Positions 47,401 through 55,293 of a DNA stretch of 63,997 bases are shown piece by piece (the stretch's first letter is position 1; each line of letters begins with the position of its first letter). Made by a program: the position numbers and the translations under genes. The stretch lies in IMG/VR virus record IMGVR_UViG_3300046018_000239, positions 1 to 63,997 of that record. One strand, written 5' to 3'. This stretch comes from a virus (Duplodnaviria; Caudoviricetes). The notes beneath the pieces are model-generated. The model made no database searches. It was not told the origin of the DNA and was given only the letters and a program-made list of their open reading frames with translations.

Positions 47401-50400
47401 TCGGGGAGTGGCTGTGGAAGGATGCCGAGCGCCGGGTCGCCCTGGAGCAGTCCTACAACGAGACGCGCAACGCCCATGCCACGCCGAAGTACGATGGCAG
47501 CTTCATGGCCTTCGAAGGCATGGCGCTGTCGCTCGGCCGCGGCGAGTTCCAGCTGCGCCAGCACCAGGTCAATGCCATCTGGCGCGCGGTGGTGAACCGG
47601 AAGTCGATCAACGCCCATGAGGTGGGCACCGGCAAGACGTTCACCATGGGCGGCATCGCCGTCGAGAGCCGGCGCTACGGCATCGCCAAGAAGCCCCTGA
47701 TCCTGGCCCACAACGCCAACAGCAAGGCGGTGTCGAGCGAGATCCAGGCCATGTATCCGGCGGCCAAGGTCCTCTACATCGACAACCTCGCCCCGTCCGA
47801 GGTGGAGGTGCAGCTTCGGCGCATCGCCAACGACGATTGGGATGCGATCGTGGTCCCCCACTCGCAGATCGACCGTTTCGCGCTCTCGAAAGAGACGCTG
47901 ATGGAGATCGCCAAGGAGGAGATCGAGGCGCTGGAGCAGGCTGCCATCGAGGCGGCCAAGGAAGACGGAAGCAGCGTCGATGTGGACGACATGGACGCCA
48001 TTCGCGCCGGCGACAAGAAGGCCTCCGGGCGGCTCCGCTCGCCCACGGCGAAGGACCTGGTGCGCGCCCGCAACTCGGTCCTGAACAAGATCGACGCCCT
48101 GGCCATCCGTGCCAGCCGCGACAAGGCGGTGCAGTTCGAGAACCTGGGGATCGACATGATCCTGGTTGACGAGGCGCATGAGTTCAAGAAGCCGCCCATC
48201 GTCACCGGCATGAAGATGAAGGGGCTGCAGACGCAGACCTCGGATATGTCGATCGCGCTGAACTTCCTGACCAGCTACGTGCGGCGGCAGAACAACGGCA
48301 ACGGCATCCACACCTTCACCGGCACGCCGATTACCAACACGCTGGTCGAGATCTTCCACCAGATGCGGTACGTCATGCTGGAGGAAATGAAGGCCGCCGG
48401 CGTCGATACCTGGGATGCTTGGTTCGGTAGCTTCTCCCGAGAGGTGCAGGACGTGGAGTTGTCCGCGGCCGGCGAGTATGAGCCGATCACGCGCCTCGCC
48501 GCCTTCATCAACGTGCCGGAACTGCGCCGCCTGGTGGGCCAGTACCTGGACGTGGTGTTCGGCGACGACATGCCGGAGATGCAGCCGCGCCGCACCGAGA
48601 GCGGCAAGACGATGGCCTCGCCCGACCTGACCGAGGCGGAGCGCGTCGAACTGGAGAACGGCCGCACCGAGAACGCCGGCGACCGGCCTTACAAGAAGGT
48701 GGTCAACGTCACCTCGGAAATGACGGACGAGCAGGTCGCCCTGTTCGAGCAGTTCCAGCAGGACTCGCGCACCTTCCGCAACGCCAAGGGGAAGGAGCGC
48801 CGGCGCCTGATGGCAATCGGCGACCCGTCCAGCCCGGTCATCGTGGAGGGCGGCGCCAACCTCGCCAGCTTCGACGAGCGGATGTATGACCGCGACCGGC
48901 TCCGCGACAACCCGCTGCACGGCCAGGAAGGCACCGCCCCCCTGGACCCGCGGAGCAAGGTCGCCCAGGTCGTGAAGAACGTGACGGAGATCTACAACTC
49001 CGACCCGCGCGCCAATCAGGTCATCTTCGCCGACCAGGGCTACAACAGCACTTCCGAGCGCGCGATACCTGAGACGGACCCGAAGCAGACCAAGCGGGTC
49101 AAGACTTTCTCCGCCATCAAGGACCTGGTGGAGCGTCTGGTGGCGTCGGGCATCCCGCGCGAGCAAATCGCCCTGGTGACGGGCGGGGCCAGCGCGGAAA
49201 AGAAGTTCGAGATCTCCGAGGCCATGAACGAGGGGCGGCTCCGCGTCGTCATCGGCCTGTCCAGCACGCTTGGTGTGGGCGTGAACATGCAGCGCAACCT
49301 CCGCGCCATGCACCACATGGACGCCCCCTACATGCCGGGCGACCTGGAGCAGCGGAACGGGCGCGGCTGGCGCCAGGGCAACCAGTGGAACACGGTGCTG
49401 GAGTACCGCTACATCACCGATCGGCTAGACGGCCGGCGCTGGCAGATCCTGGCAGTCAAGCAGCGGTTCATCCTCTCGTTCATGAAGGACAACAACGCCG
49501 CCAGCCGCATCATCGAGGGCGAGGCGGCGGCTGACGCTCCGTCCGACTTCCTGGAAAGCTTCGCCGAGGCGGCGGGCGACCCGCGCGCCCTGACCCGGGA
49601 GCAGATGAAGCGGAAGCTGGAAGGGCTGAACCAGGCCGAGCGCATGCACGGCCAGGCGGTGGCCGACTCCAAGAAGATGCTCGCGGACCAGTTGACCGAG
49701 AAGAAGCGCATCGCCGATTGGCTGACCGACGCCGAGAAGGAAGGCGGCCCGGTCGGGGCCGTGGCCGAGTTCGTCGAGCGCACGAAGGGCGACGCCTTTG
49801 AGGCGGTGATCGGCGGGAAAAAGGCGACGACCCGGGCCGAGGCGACCGACGCCGTGAAGGCGCTGACCGCTGACATGCGGCAGGGCGATTCCCAGCGCCC
49901 CGCGGGCCAGATTGCCGATGCGAAGATCACGATGGCCTGGCCGCGCCTGGGGTCCACGCCGGAGATTGCCATCAAGCTGGGCGGCTGGGACTTCTTCGGG
50001 ACCAGCATCGCCAGCCTGGAATCGCAGATCCGCAACTTCCTGAAGGTGCCGGCCACGCGCCGGCAGCAGGCCAGCGAGATCGAGGCGAACATCGAACGCC
50101 TGCGTGAGGTGGTTGCCGCGCCGTTCAGCCGGGCCAAGCAGTTGAAGGCGGCCAAGCAGACGCTGGAGGACCTGGAGGCGGACCTGACCGCCAACCCGGT
50201 CGCCCCGCCCGGCTGGCTCCGCATCGGCACGCCGCGGGAAAGCACGGTGTTCTGGCAGGGCAAGCCCTTCACCGTGACCGGCCACCGCTGGAACAAGGAC
50301 GGATGGTTCGTCCTGGCCGAAGATGACCGCGGCGGCGTCGTCATCCCCTACACCGAGGCGACGGACCAGCAGGGCATCCCCGCCTATGAGGAGCGGCCGT

Positions 50401-53400
50401 TCACGTCGCCGGTGGTGGTGGACCCGAAGGCGGCCGGCGCCCAGGGCGGCACCACCGTCAACTCCGGCCTGCCGTTCAGTCCCGAGAACTTCCGCCGCTT
50501 CATGCTGGAGCCGGCCCAGGCTGGCATCCGCGCCGCGACCGAGGCCTTCCAGCGGGTGCTGGACCGGGTGGTGGAGGCGGTGATGAACCGCCAGCGCCCG
50601 GTGCCCGGCAACATCGTCGTGGCCGACAAGGCGCGGGCGGACACGCTGACGCCGTTCCTGTCGCGGCTGCGGCTGCCCAACCGCATGTTCCGGCGCTGGC
50701 CGGCCCTGGCGTCGCTGGTGGACCAGGGCATCAAGGCCGAGGAGCATATGTCCATCTGGACGAAGCGCCTGGCGGCCAAGCTGGACAACCTGCTGGGCTC
50801 GCTGAAGCGCGGCCGCGGCGACCGCGAGAAGGTCATGGCGGCGCTGCTCGACGCCGATGCCAACGAGGTGGACATTGAGAAGGGCGACGTGGCGGATGCC
50901 CATTGGGCGGCGCACGGGCTGAACGCGGCCGAGGCTTCGGCGGCGGCCGGGCTGAACCGGCTGCTGGTGGAGGTGGCCCGCTTGGTGGACCAGCACCGGC
51001 GGGCCATGCTGCCCAAGGTGGTCGAGGCCAAGGCGACCGTGTGGCGCCAGATGAAGGCGCTGATGGACAGCGCCAGCGTGGCGGGCCCGCAGTACCAGCA
51101 GGCCTACCGCCGCCGGTCCTACCTCAACCGGCGCATCCGCGAGGGCAAGGGCGACCTGGCGGCGCACGCGGCCGAGATCCGGCAGATCAACGACGACCTG
51201 CGGGCCATGCGCGCCAGCGACCCCAGCATCCAGGACAGGCTGGACGACCTGCGCGAGCAGTACGACGCCCTGGAGGCGCGGCTGCAGGCGACCAGCGTGC
51301 GGACCCGGAAGGGCTACTTCCCCCACAAGTTCTTCGGCAGCTGGAGGCTGTACGAAATCACGAAGGAGAAGGACCCCGACACGGGCGAGCCTGTCCGCCG
51401 CGAGATCACCAGCGATCAGGGGTTCTACGACACCCAGGGCGAGGCGATCGCCGCGGCCGAGGCGTTCCTGAAGGAGAACCCTGGCGCGTCGCTGCGGGTA
51501 GAGCCCAAGGTGACGGTGTTCCCGGGCAACTCCGGCGGAGCGGTCCTGTCCGATGCGGCCTTCGGCAAGCTGACCCGGCAGTTGCAGAAGCAGGCCGGGC
51601 TTGAGGGCGAGGCGCTGGCCGAGGCGCTGAAGGGCGTGGCCAAGCGCCAGAGCCGCCGGCGCGTCTTCAGCCCCAGCCTCCAGCGGAAGGGCGCCGAGGG
51701 CTTCGCCGAGGACCTGGAGCGGGTGATGCGGACCCACATCGCCCAGGCGGTGCGGTACGTGGAACTGGACAAGCTGAAGTGGGCCTACGTCTCCACCATG
51801 GAGCGGCTGGGCCTGTCGGCGGCTGACCCCCGCAAGGTGGAGCGCAGCGGCCAGCAAGAGGTGCAGCGCACCATGGCCGCCTGGTTCCGCGACGTGAACG
51901 GGACCAAGCAGCCTGGCGAGAGCCAGCTTGACGCCGCGATCCAGCGCGCGGGCATCCCCCGGGCGACGCTGGTTGCCTTCGGCGGCATGAGCATGTTCGC
52001 CGGCCTGGTCGGCGCCCCCATCATCAGCCTGCCGGTGGGCGCCTATTTCGCGCTGCGGACGGCCAATGCCCTGAAGAAGGGCGGCGACTTCCCCACCCGG
52101 ACGATCGTCGGCGACATCGCCAGCGACTTTGCCATCCTGAAGTTGGGCGTGCTGAACATCGCCTCGGCGGTGGTCAACCTGACGCAGACGGTGGTGAACA
52201 CCTACCCGGTCCTCGGCGAGAAGTGGACCGCCATCGGCATGAAGCGCGCCTCCGCGGCCTTGTGGTCGCAGGCCCGGAACGCCGCGACGCCTGGCCGCAT
52301 GTCCACCGATGCCATCCTCCTCCAGCGCGCGGACATTGCCAGCCGGTTCAACCTGCAGAGCGAGAACCCGGTGCTGGCCCACAACAAGGACCTGGTGGAC
52401 CGGGTGCGCGGCTGGTTCATGCTGCCCTTTGAATCCGTCGAGCGGTTCAACCGGGCGACGGCGTTCCTCGGCGCCTATGCCAGGGCCGAGGACCAGGGCC
52501 TGTCGCCGGCGCGGGCGACCCAGGCAGCGCAAGACGTGCTTCGCCGCACGCAGTTCCACCAGGGCAACGCCACCCGGCCGGAGATCCTGCGCGACCAGCT
52601 GCTGCGGCTGCCGGCGCAGTTCAAGAACTTCATGGCGCAGCAGATCGGCTTCGTCGTCGGGCTGGAGGGCAAGGAGATCGGCCGCTTCCTGGTCGGCGTG
52701 CTGCTGGTGGCCGGGCTCCTCGGCTTCCCCGGGCTCCAGTTGCTGGACTGGCTGGTGCTGGCCTTCACCGGCGTCAGCGCCATCGGCGAACTGCGCAATG
52801 CGATCCTGACGAGCGGCGCGGCCGGCGAGTTGGCCGGGACCTTCATCGACGCCCTCGGCCGAGGGTTGCCGGCGCTGCTGGGCACCGACATTTCCAGCCG
52901 CGTCGGTGTCGGCGCCGGGTTCCTCCCGGACAGCGGCAGCGACTTCTCCGGCCCGCTGACCGGCACCATCCGGTCCCTCTCCCAGGTGGCGCAGGGGCAT
53001 GGCGGCCTGGCCGACTACCTCACGGCCCTCGGTCCCTTCGGCAACCCGCTGAAGGCGATGGAGGCGGCGGCGAACGGCGCCAGCGCCACCTCCTCCAGGT
53101 TCTGGACCGGCGGCGTGATCGGCGACGGCGAGAGCCGAATGACCAACCCGCGGAAGCGGTCGGAGACGGAGTACCGCCCCACCAACGGCGAACTCGTCCG
53201 GTACGGCCTCGGCTTCCGGCCCCTCAGCCAGTCCCTCCAGGCGGACCAGCGCGCGGTCCAGGCGCGGGAGACGAAGGAGCGCACGGACAAGCAGAACCGG
53301 GCGCTGGCGGCCTACGTGCAGGCCCGGTGGGATGGCGCCCCGCAGGAGAGGCTGGTGGAACTGGCCAACGCCGCGCGCCGGGCCGGCGTCACGCAGCGCC

Positions 53401-53522
53401 GCATCGTGGACACGGTGCGGGACAGCGAGCGGACCCGGGCGGAGCGGGATCTGCGCCGCGCGCCGAAGGAACTGCGGCCGGGGGTGCGGGAGCGCCAGCA
53501 GGCGATCGAGGCGCGGGAGTGA
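41439..53522 (+). CDS. Giant DarB-like polyvalent virion protein, 4027 aa (InPase + N6-MTase + SNF2 helicase)
   Basis: ATG 41439 (ATGA overlap); AGNYAKGH..HYG..DGDAVDV..FDEHK; VLEPSMGTGNF and IGNWPF; HEVGTGKT, DEAH, TGTP, EQRNGR. Confidence 0.93.
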   Translation: MTNLASDDWAGFEPVAADEWAGFEAAPAVPPRQAEPRSPTEPPIVAGQPFWRPGAAEAPRALEAVSAAPPPAQAASPPPPPAGPPAPRMGNPGARMARPIEGFDEPAPLPGPQPLMQEVPMELFPGSPRNLRPAGQRVDTLNFTDPQGRVTSTVRQPVPDDMATPRPPPEFPDPQEYTRPQQRDYASLTPGQRAGDQLRSGVETLKQGIDSMGLGGIYGQLQQIDRADQAAASGTPLASPRRMEAAAGGGMDALSPQQRAIMRERLEAEAGQKLTSIITSSNRQALLASNPAARAITEAGNEGRWRDAWRIFLTDPGGIIQQFAVESAPLSAPMIVGGLAAGLVGGPVLGALTAFGGSYGTEFGPGQVQAILEALRARGVDVTDERAVAGFLRTDPQIAIDAASEAGRAALGPAAFDAMGMGAAGGLRRGAGFLRNAGVVGRNTGLELAGEPAGAALGQILGGGSIDKPGDLIGEFLGAGPQVVGSTAYGTLMEMRQPSPLAGVTAQQPQDQTTTAPNPGMPADPQAPPPAAGVPPSQVQPTQDVPPAAPGAGAAVPPAGPAPPPVHVNPGAPDLEADLQDPRPAEQIEAEKEAAAQAALQQAQAALPRGWTVERQDGDFLLLDPHGNEAGALNRAPDAEAVEGWRRLAEQANATGVYNDAIRDGDGTKAAPVQAVRPGDVDHAAGQANPAPTPAQAEAGNYAKGHVRLHGLDIAIETRKGETRTGVGADGRPWSVQMPAHYGEVKGTVGSDGDAVDVYLGHDAENPNGTVYVIDQVDADTGKFDEHKAIIGAGSLAEAQRLYHAAFNDGRGPDRMGAVLPLTLPEFKAWLASGKTKQPLNPAQISKGIRDRRAAAAQQQKAEADAKAAQAAEEKARKDAEGQKVKAEADKRADAAKQYQRVRSLIHKLREAGMTDYAKSLAEMVQNNRKQGVPPGAAGVDELEASVTRTIAQHIEKQEAERVRKLAEQKRRQDLEAEQKKAKEEAAAPEGEKGEKKGEKTAAPKPEPVAPAVDPEPSPAPAPAGPKLLVSDDRMAELKAKLKAKMQGQLNAGLDPEMIALGAELAVGYLERGTRRFAAWSAQVVSDLGEEVRPFLRAWYESARYYPGFDNAGMTPAAQIDSGEPEGDDNADGQGGSDASGGGTAPAAGPAVDPEPGNAQPDPEVVGDGAPGDVGAAPDAEPVGDDGLPGATADVGGTGPAGGSGNADNGRPRGGRAQPSSAGAGSGNGGNGAADGGTGGSGAGSAGGVATPSPAGPSAGDFHIDDPAAYLGGGPVARFNRNRAAIETLNAVRDSDRPATREEQEKLAGYTGWGSFGQDLFKGSWQNPNPRPGWEERDRWLRAHLGRPAWESAQASILNAHYTDPPVVLAMWDMVRRAGFEGGRVLEPSMGTGNFFSLMPQDLKARSDLTGIELDTTTAEISKLLFPDSNVRQMPYQDSRTPDGFYDVVIGNWPFAGQTVADRRHGKMKPTLHDFFFLKALDQARAGGLVIGITSHGTMDKEGTRVRAHLARNAELVAAIRLPTGAFEGYAGTAVVTDIVVLKKRATPLLETPDEAWVKASMVPTPAGPEVRLNEYFRQNPERVLGTVNFGSGTTQGSAGLIVDRPDNLMEKLTAAVEAIPEGAYERERANDHITYITNHTADREGALVFQGDEAFVVRGEQLAPAHQVAKFLVKSAKENASRLQQLRDLVAMRRAYAELITKERAGQDAEAERTTLRQQFEAFTKANGPLNKSFGLAYLSKIDDPFYPALAALMTKDGKPAAILSRSTMRAKPKLENPSIADAFVLARQQSIRPTLAEIAALTGKPADEVKAGLIKSGAVFETVDGDVEPSDLYLSGNVRVKLRQAQAAVAEGQKHLQRNVDALKEVQPKDVPYYDIEVQLGATWVPEDVYEDYVAHMLNRPNTEGINIRFTLGRWKARLTGLNNLSAARSGFGMDDRRVPFSRLLQAAMSNQTFKVMAKDDKGTEYVDPKPTKQAADRIANIRASFGEWLWKDAERRVALEQSYNETRNAHATPKYDGSFMAFEGMALSLGRGEFQLRQHQVNAIWRAVVNRKSINAHEVGTGKTFTMGGIAVESRRYGIAKKPLILAHNANSKAVSSEIQAMYPAAKVLYIDNLAPSEVEVQLRRIANDDWDAIVVPHSQIDRFALSKETLMEIAKEEIEALEQAAIEAAKEDGSSVDVDDMDAIRAGDKKASGRLRSPTAKDLVRARNSVLNKIDALAIRASRDKAVQFENLGIDMILVDEAHEFKKPPIVTGMKMKGLQTQTSDMSIALNFLTSYVRRQNNGNGIHTFTGTPITNTLVEIFHQMRYVMLEEMKAAGVDTWDAWFGSFSREVQDVELSAAGEYEPITRLAAFINVPELRRLVGQYLDVVFGDDMPEMQPRRTESGKTMASPDLTEAERVELENGRTENAGDRPYKKVVNVTSEMTDEQVALFEQFQQDSRTFRNAKGKERRRLMAIGDPSSPVIVEGGANLASFDERMYDRDRLRDNPLHGQEGTAPLDPRSKVAQVVKNVTEIYNSDPRANQVIFADQGYNSTSERAIPETDPKQTKRVKTFSAIKDLVERLVASGIPREQIALVTGGASAEKKFEISEAMNEGRLRVVIGLSSTLGVGVNMQRNLRAMHHMDAPYMPGDLEQRNGRGWRQGNQWNTVLEYRYITDRLDGRRWQILAVKQRFILSFMKDNNAASRIIEGEAAADAPSDFLESFAEAAGDPRALTREQMKRKLEGLNQAERMHGQAVADSKKMLADQLTEKKRIADWLTDAEKEGGPVGAVAEFVERTKGDAFEAVIGGKKATTRAEATDAVKALTADMRQGDSQRPAGQIADAKITMAWPRLGSTPEIAIKLGGWDFFGTSIASLESQIRNFLKVPATRRQQASEIEANIERLREVVAAPFSRAKQLKAAKQTLEDLEADLTANPVAPPGWLRIGTPRESTVFWQGKPFTVTGHRWNKDGWFVLAEDDRGGVVIPYTEATDQQGIPAYEERPFTSPVVVDPKAAGAQGGTTVNSGLPFSPENFRRFMLEPAQAGIRAATEAFQRVLDRVVEAVMNRQRPVPGNIVVADKARADTLTPFLSRLRLPNRMFRRWPALASLVDQGIKAEEHMSIWTKRLAAKLDNLLGSLKRGRGDREKVMAALLDADANEVDIEKGDVADAHWAAHGLNAAEASAAAGLNRLLVEVARLVDQHRRAMLPKVVEAKATVWRQMKALMDSASVAGPQYQQAYRRRSYLNRRIREGKGDLAAHAAEIRQINDDLRAMRASDPSIQDRLDDLREQYDALEARLQATSVRTRKGYFPHKFFGSWRLYEITKEKDPDTGEPVRREITSDQGFYDTQGEAIAAAEAFLKENPGASLRVEPKVTVFPGNSGGAVLSDAAFGKLTRQLQKQAGLEGEALAEALKGVAKRQSRRRVFSPSLQRKGAEGFAEDLERVMRTHIAQAVRYVELDKLKWAYVSTMERLGLSAADPRKVERSGQQEVQRTMAAWFRDVNGTKQPGESQLDAAIQRAGIPRATLVAFGGMSMFAGLVGAPIISLPVGAYFALRTANALKKGGDFPTRTIVGDIASDFAILKLGVLNIASAVVNLTQTVVNTYPVLGEKWTAIGMKRASAALWSQARNAATPGRMSTDAILLQRADIASRFNLQSENPVLAHNKDLVDRVRGWFMLPFESVERFNRATAFLGAYARAEDQGLSPARATQAAQDVLRRTQFHQGNATRPEILRDQLLRLPAQFKNFMAQQIGFVVGLEGKEIGRFLVGVLLVAGLLGFPGLQLLDWLVLAFTGVSAIGELRNAILTSGAAGELAGTFIDALGRGLPALLGTDISSRVGVGAGFLPDSGSDFSGPLTGTIRSLSQVAQGHGGLADYLTALGPFGNPLKAMEAAANGASATSSRFWTGGVIGDGESRMTNPRKRSETEYRPTNGELVRYGLGFRPLSQSLQADQRAVQARETKERTDKQNRALAAYVQARWDGAPQERLVELANAARRAGVTQRRIVDTVRDSERTRAERDLRRAPKELRPGVRERQQAIEARE
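44827..45186 (+). CDS. Nested +1-frame gene (119 aa, weakly TnpV-like) inside the giant gene
   Basis: AAGGAG 6 nt upstream of ATG; ordinary helical composition, while the host frame is a G/D/A/P linker. Confidence 0.7.
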   Translation: MLTDREVLTLQAEARRRRRDPQLIQNLEMHSRILKSWETERPAMWARLQTQNLSETMAFLAQQRMWEERDRLVEAGMPITDAREEAERNHLLLGPEAETEETAPPTEELEEAVQEVPEV

Positions 53523-53701
53523 ACCATCAAGTCCCGCTTGATAGTTGCCCGGTCGGGTCAGGACCGCAACGTAACCGCCAGGAAGTGAGGCTATCTGCCG
53601 AAAAGCGCGTCACTTCCTGAAATGCCACCGCTGCGGCACCGGCTGAGTCCAGGAATGGTGTTTTTCGGCAGTCGCTTGCGGGTTTCAGCGGCTGGGGATC
53701 A

Positions 53702-53743
53702 TGCCCCCCAGACAAGTGCGCTACCAGGCTGCGCTACACTCCG
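53702..53743 (-). other. Putative attP core: 5' half of tRNA-Pro(GGG)
   Basis: Minus strand reads CGGAGTG TA GCGC AGCCTGGTA GCGC A CTTGT CT GGG GG GCA (acceptor 5' strand, D arm, anticodon loop); no T arm or 3' acceptor strand follows. Confidence 0.85.
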
Positions 53744-53752
53744 ATGGCCGTT

Positions 53753-53781
53753 TCTCTAGGGTTTCCTGCCTTTGCCGGCAA
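53753..53781 (-). promoter_or_regulatory. Sigma70-type promoter for the tRNA fragment
   Basis: TTGCCG-N17-TAGAGA, ending 9 nt upstream of tRNA position 1. Confidence 0.6.
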
Positions 53782-53916
53782 GCCGAAAAACCCGCGTGAC
53801 GCCTACGTGGCGGAACAAAAGGGATATGGAGGGAGGGTTCAGCCACCGATCCGTCACGGGGGCGTTCTGCCCCTGTTCGCAGAATGCTTCCCATGGGGTG
53901 GCGGGGTGAACCGCCA

Positions 53917-54135
53917 TCAAAGGCCCATCCCCCAGCTAATCGCCTCCAGCCGCCGGGCCGCCTCCGTGACCTGGGCGGCGACGGTCTGCACCGCGAAGGC
54001 GATGGCCATCTGCTGGACGGCATCACCAGACTCGGCCTGGGCAAGCAGGTTGAACACCTCGGCCACACCAGCGAGTTGAGCGAGCGCGTTGCGGGCCTCG
54101 ATGAGGTTGGCACGGAACGCCTTGTCTTGGGGCAC
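53917..54135 (-). CDS. Small helical hypothetical protein
   Basis: 72-aa ORF with a hairpin downstream at about 53862-53887; start uncertain. Confidence 0.5.
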   Translation of the reverse strand: MPQDKAFRANLIEARNALAQLAGVAEVFNLLAQAESGDAVQQMAIAFAVQTVAAQVTEAARRLEAISWGMGL

Positions 54136-54151
54136 AGTATAGTCCTACGCA

Positions 54152-54190
54152 CGGCGGCCAAAGCGGCGGCCAAAGCGGCGGCCAAAGCGG
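54152..54190. repeat. Tandem repeat (CGGCGGCCAAAG) x3
   Basis: Three exact 12-bp units plus CGG. Confidence 0.9.
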
Positions 54191-54294
54191 GGAATGGCGT
54201 ATACGTGATGACCGCCACGTTAACTCGCGCCGCATTCGGCGCTTGGTTCCGCGCCCGGAATCCTTCTACCTTCCGGCGAAACGGAGGTGCCCTT

Positions 54295-54426
54295 ATGCGC
54301 GTGATCTTCCTGTGCCTGTTCCTGACGGGTTGCCAAACCGCGCCGACGACCGGCCAGGTGGTGGGCGACGTGCTGGACGTGGCGTTCTACACCGCCGTCT
54401 CCGTGGCGCTCGGCGCCATTCGGTAG
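54295..54426 (+). CDS. 43-aa lipoprotein (moron-like)
   Basis: GGAGGT RBS; MRVIFLCLFLTGC lipobox; own terminator. Confidence 0.75.
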   Translation: MRVIFLCLFLTGCQTAPTTGQVVGDVLDVAFYTAVSVALGAIR

Positions 54427-54433
54427 CCAGAAC

Positions 54434-54471
54434 GCAAAAGCCGCCCGCCCCGTGAGGAGCGAGCGGCTTAA
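54434..54471. terminator. Terminator hairpin between convergent genes
   Basis: AAGCCGCCCGCCCC-GTGA-GGAGCGAGCGGCTT, preceded by an A-tract. Confidence 0.65.
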
Positions 54472-54596
54472 GGGCACATGCTACGGGCCGGGCGCAACGC
54501 CGGCATCTCTTTGCCCCGAGAATCCCGAGGCTAGTTACCGCCCCAGCGTCCAGGGCGGTGTGGCGGGTAGCTGTTCCGCCGTCCGCAGTGGGCCGA

Positions 54597-54800
54597 CTAT
54601 GCCTTGGCGGCCTCGGCCCGCGCAACCTCCTCCTCGGTCCACTGGCTCCCGGTCAGGAGCGCCGCTTTACGCAGCACGTCTCGGTACGCGGCGACTGCTT
54701 TCGCGCCGGCGACCACCTCGGCGTAGCCCCCGGGGGCTGGCGGGACGCGGACGTTGGCCGCCCACTCCAGGGTTTTCTTGCAGAGCGGCGCGTCAGCCAT
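54597..54800 (-). CDS. Hypothetical protein
   Basis: GAGG RBS; 8-nt overlap with the upstream gene. Confidence 0.65.
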   Translation of the reverse strand: MADAPLCKKTLEWAANVRVPPAPGGYAEVVAGAKAVAAYRDVLRKAALLTGSQWTEEEVARAEAAKA

Positions 54801-55293
54801 TGGCGGTGGTCCTCAGTTCTTCCTCAGCGGCCACGGCCAGTGCGTCGTTGAGGCGAAGCCGGTGCTTCTCCCTGTCCGTCACCCACTTCATGGGTTGGCG
54901 CCGCGGCAGTGCGTCCAGTGACGCCGCGATCATGCTGGAGGTGGCCTGCGCCGGGACAATGAGGGCGCCCTGCCGCCTCAGCATTTCCGCGACGGCCTGG
55001 CCGTTCCCCCCGAGGTTCAGCGTCGAGAGCGCCTTGCTGACGCGTTCCCCGGCAAAGGAGACGCGGCTGGTGGAGGACAGCCGCTCGCGGATCTCATACG
55101 AGCCATTCAGCACATGCTCGATGAGGTGCTTTGTCATCCCTGGCTTGATCCCGGCCCGGTAGAACGGCACCACCACGCCCCAGCCGAAGTCATGCACCAG
55201 GACGCGCCACTCCGGCGCCAGGGTGTCGATCTCGGCCATGCGCTTGCGGATTAGCGCCAAGCCCGTGGCGTCCATGCCTCCGCTATCGGGCAT
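54793..55293 (-). CDS. Hypothetical protein
   Basis: GGAGG RBS; coupled in the operon. Confidence 0.7.
   Translation of the reverse strand: MPDSGGMDATGLALIRKRMAEIDTLAPEWRVLVHDFGWGVVVPFYRAGIKPGMTKHLIEHVLNGSYEIRERLSSTSRVSFAGERVSKALSTLNLGGNGQAVAEMLRRQGALIVPAQATSSMIAASLDALPRRQPMKWVTDREKHRLRLNDALAVAAEEELRTTANG

Noticed and set aside
49425-53000. 1191-aa antisense ORF (and similar ones at 46968..49316, 2789..4789, 27089..28759)
   Set aside because: Shadow ORFs opposite well-supported genes; expected at this GC content and no motifs seen.
53660-53743. Complete tRNA-Pro gene
   Set aside because: No T arm or 3' acceptor strand follows, and I saw no separate 3' half elsewhere by eye.
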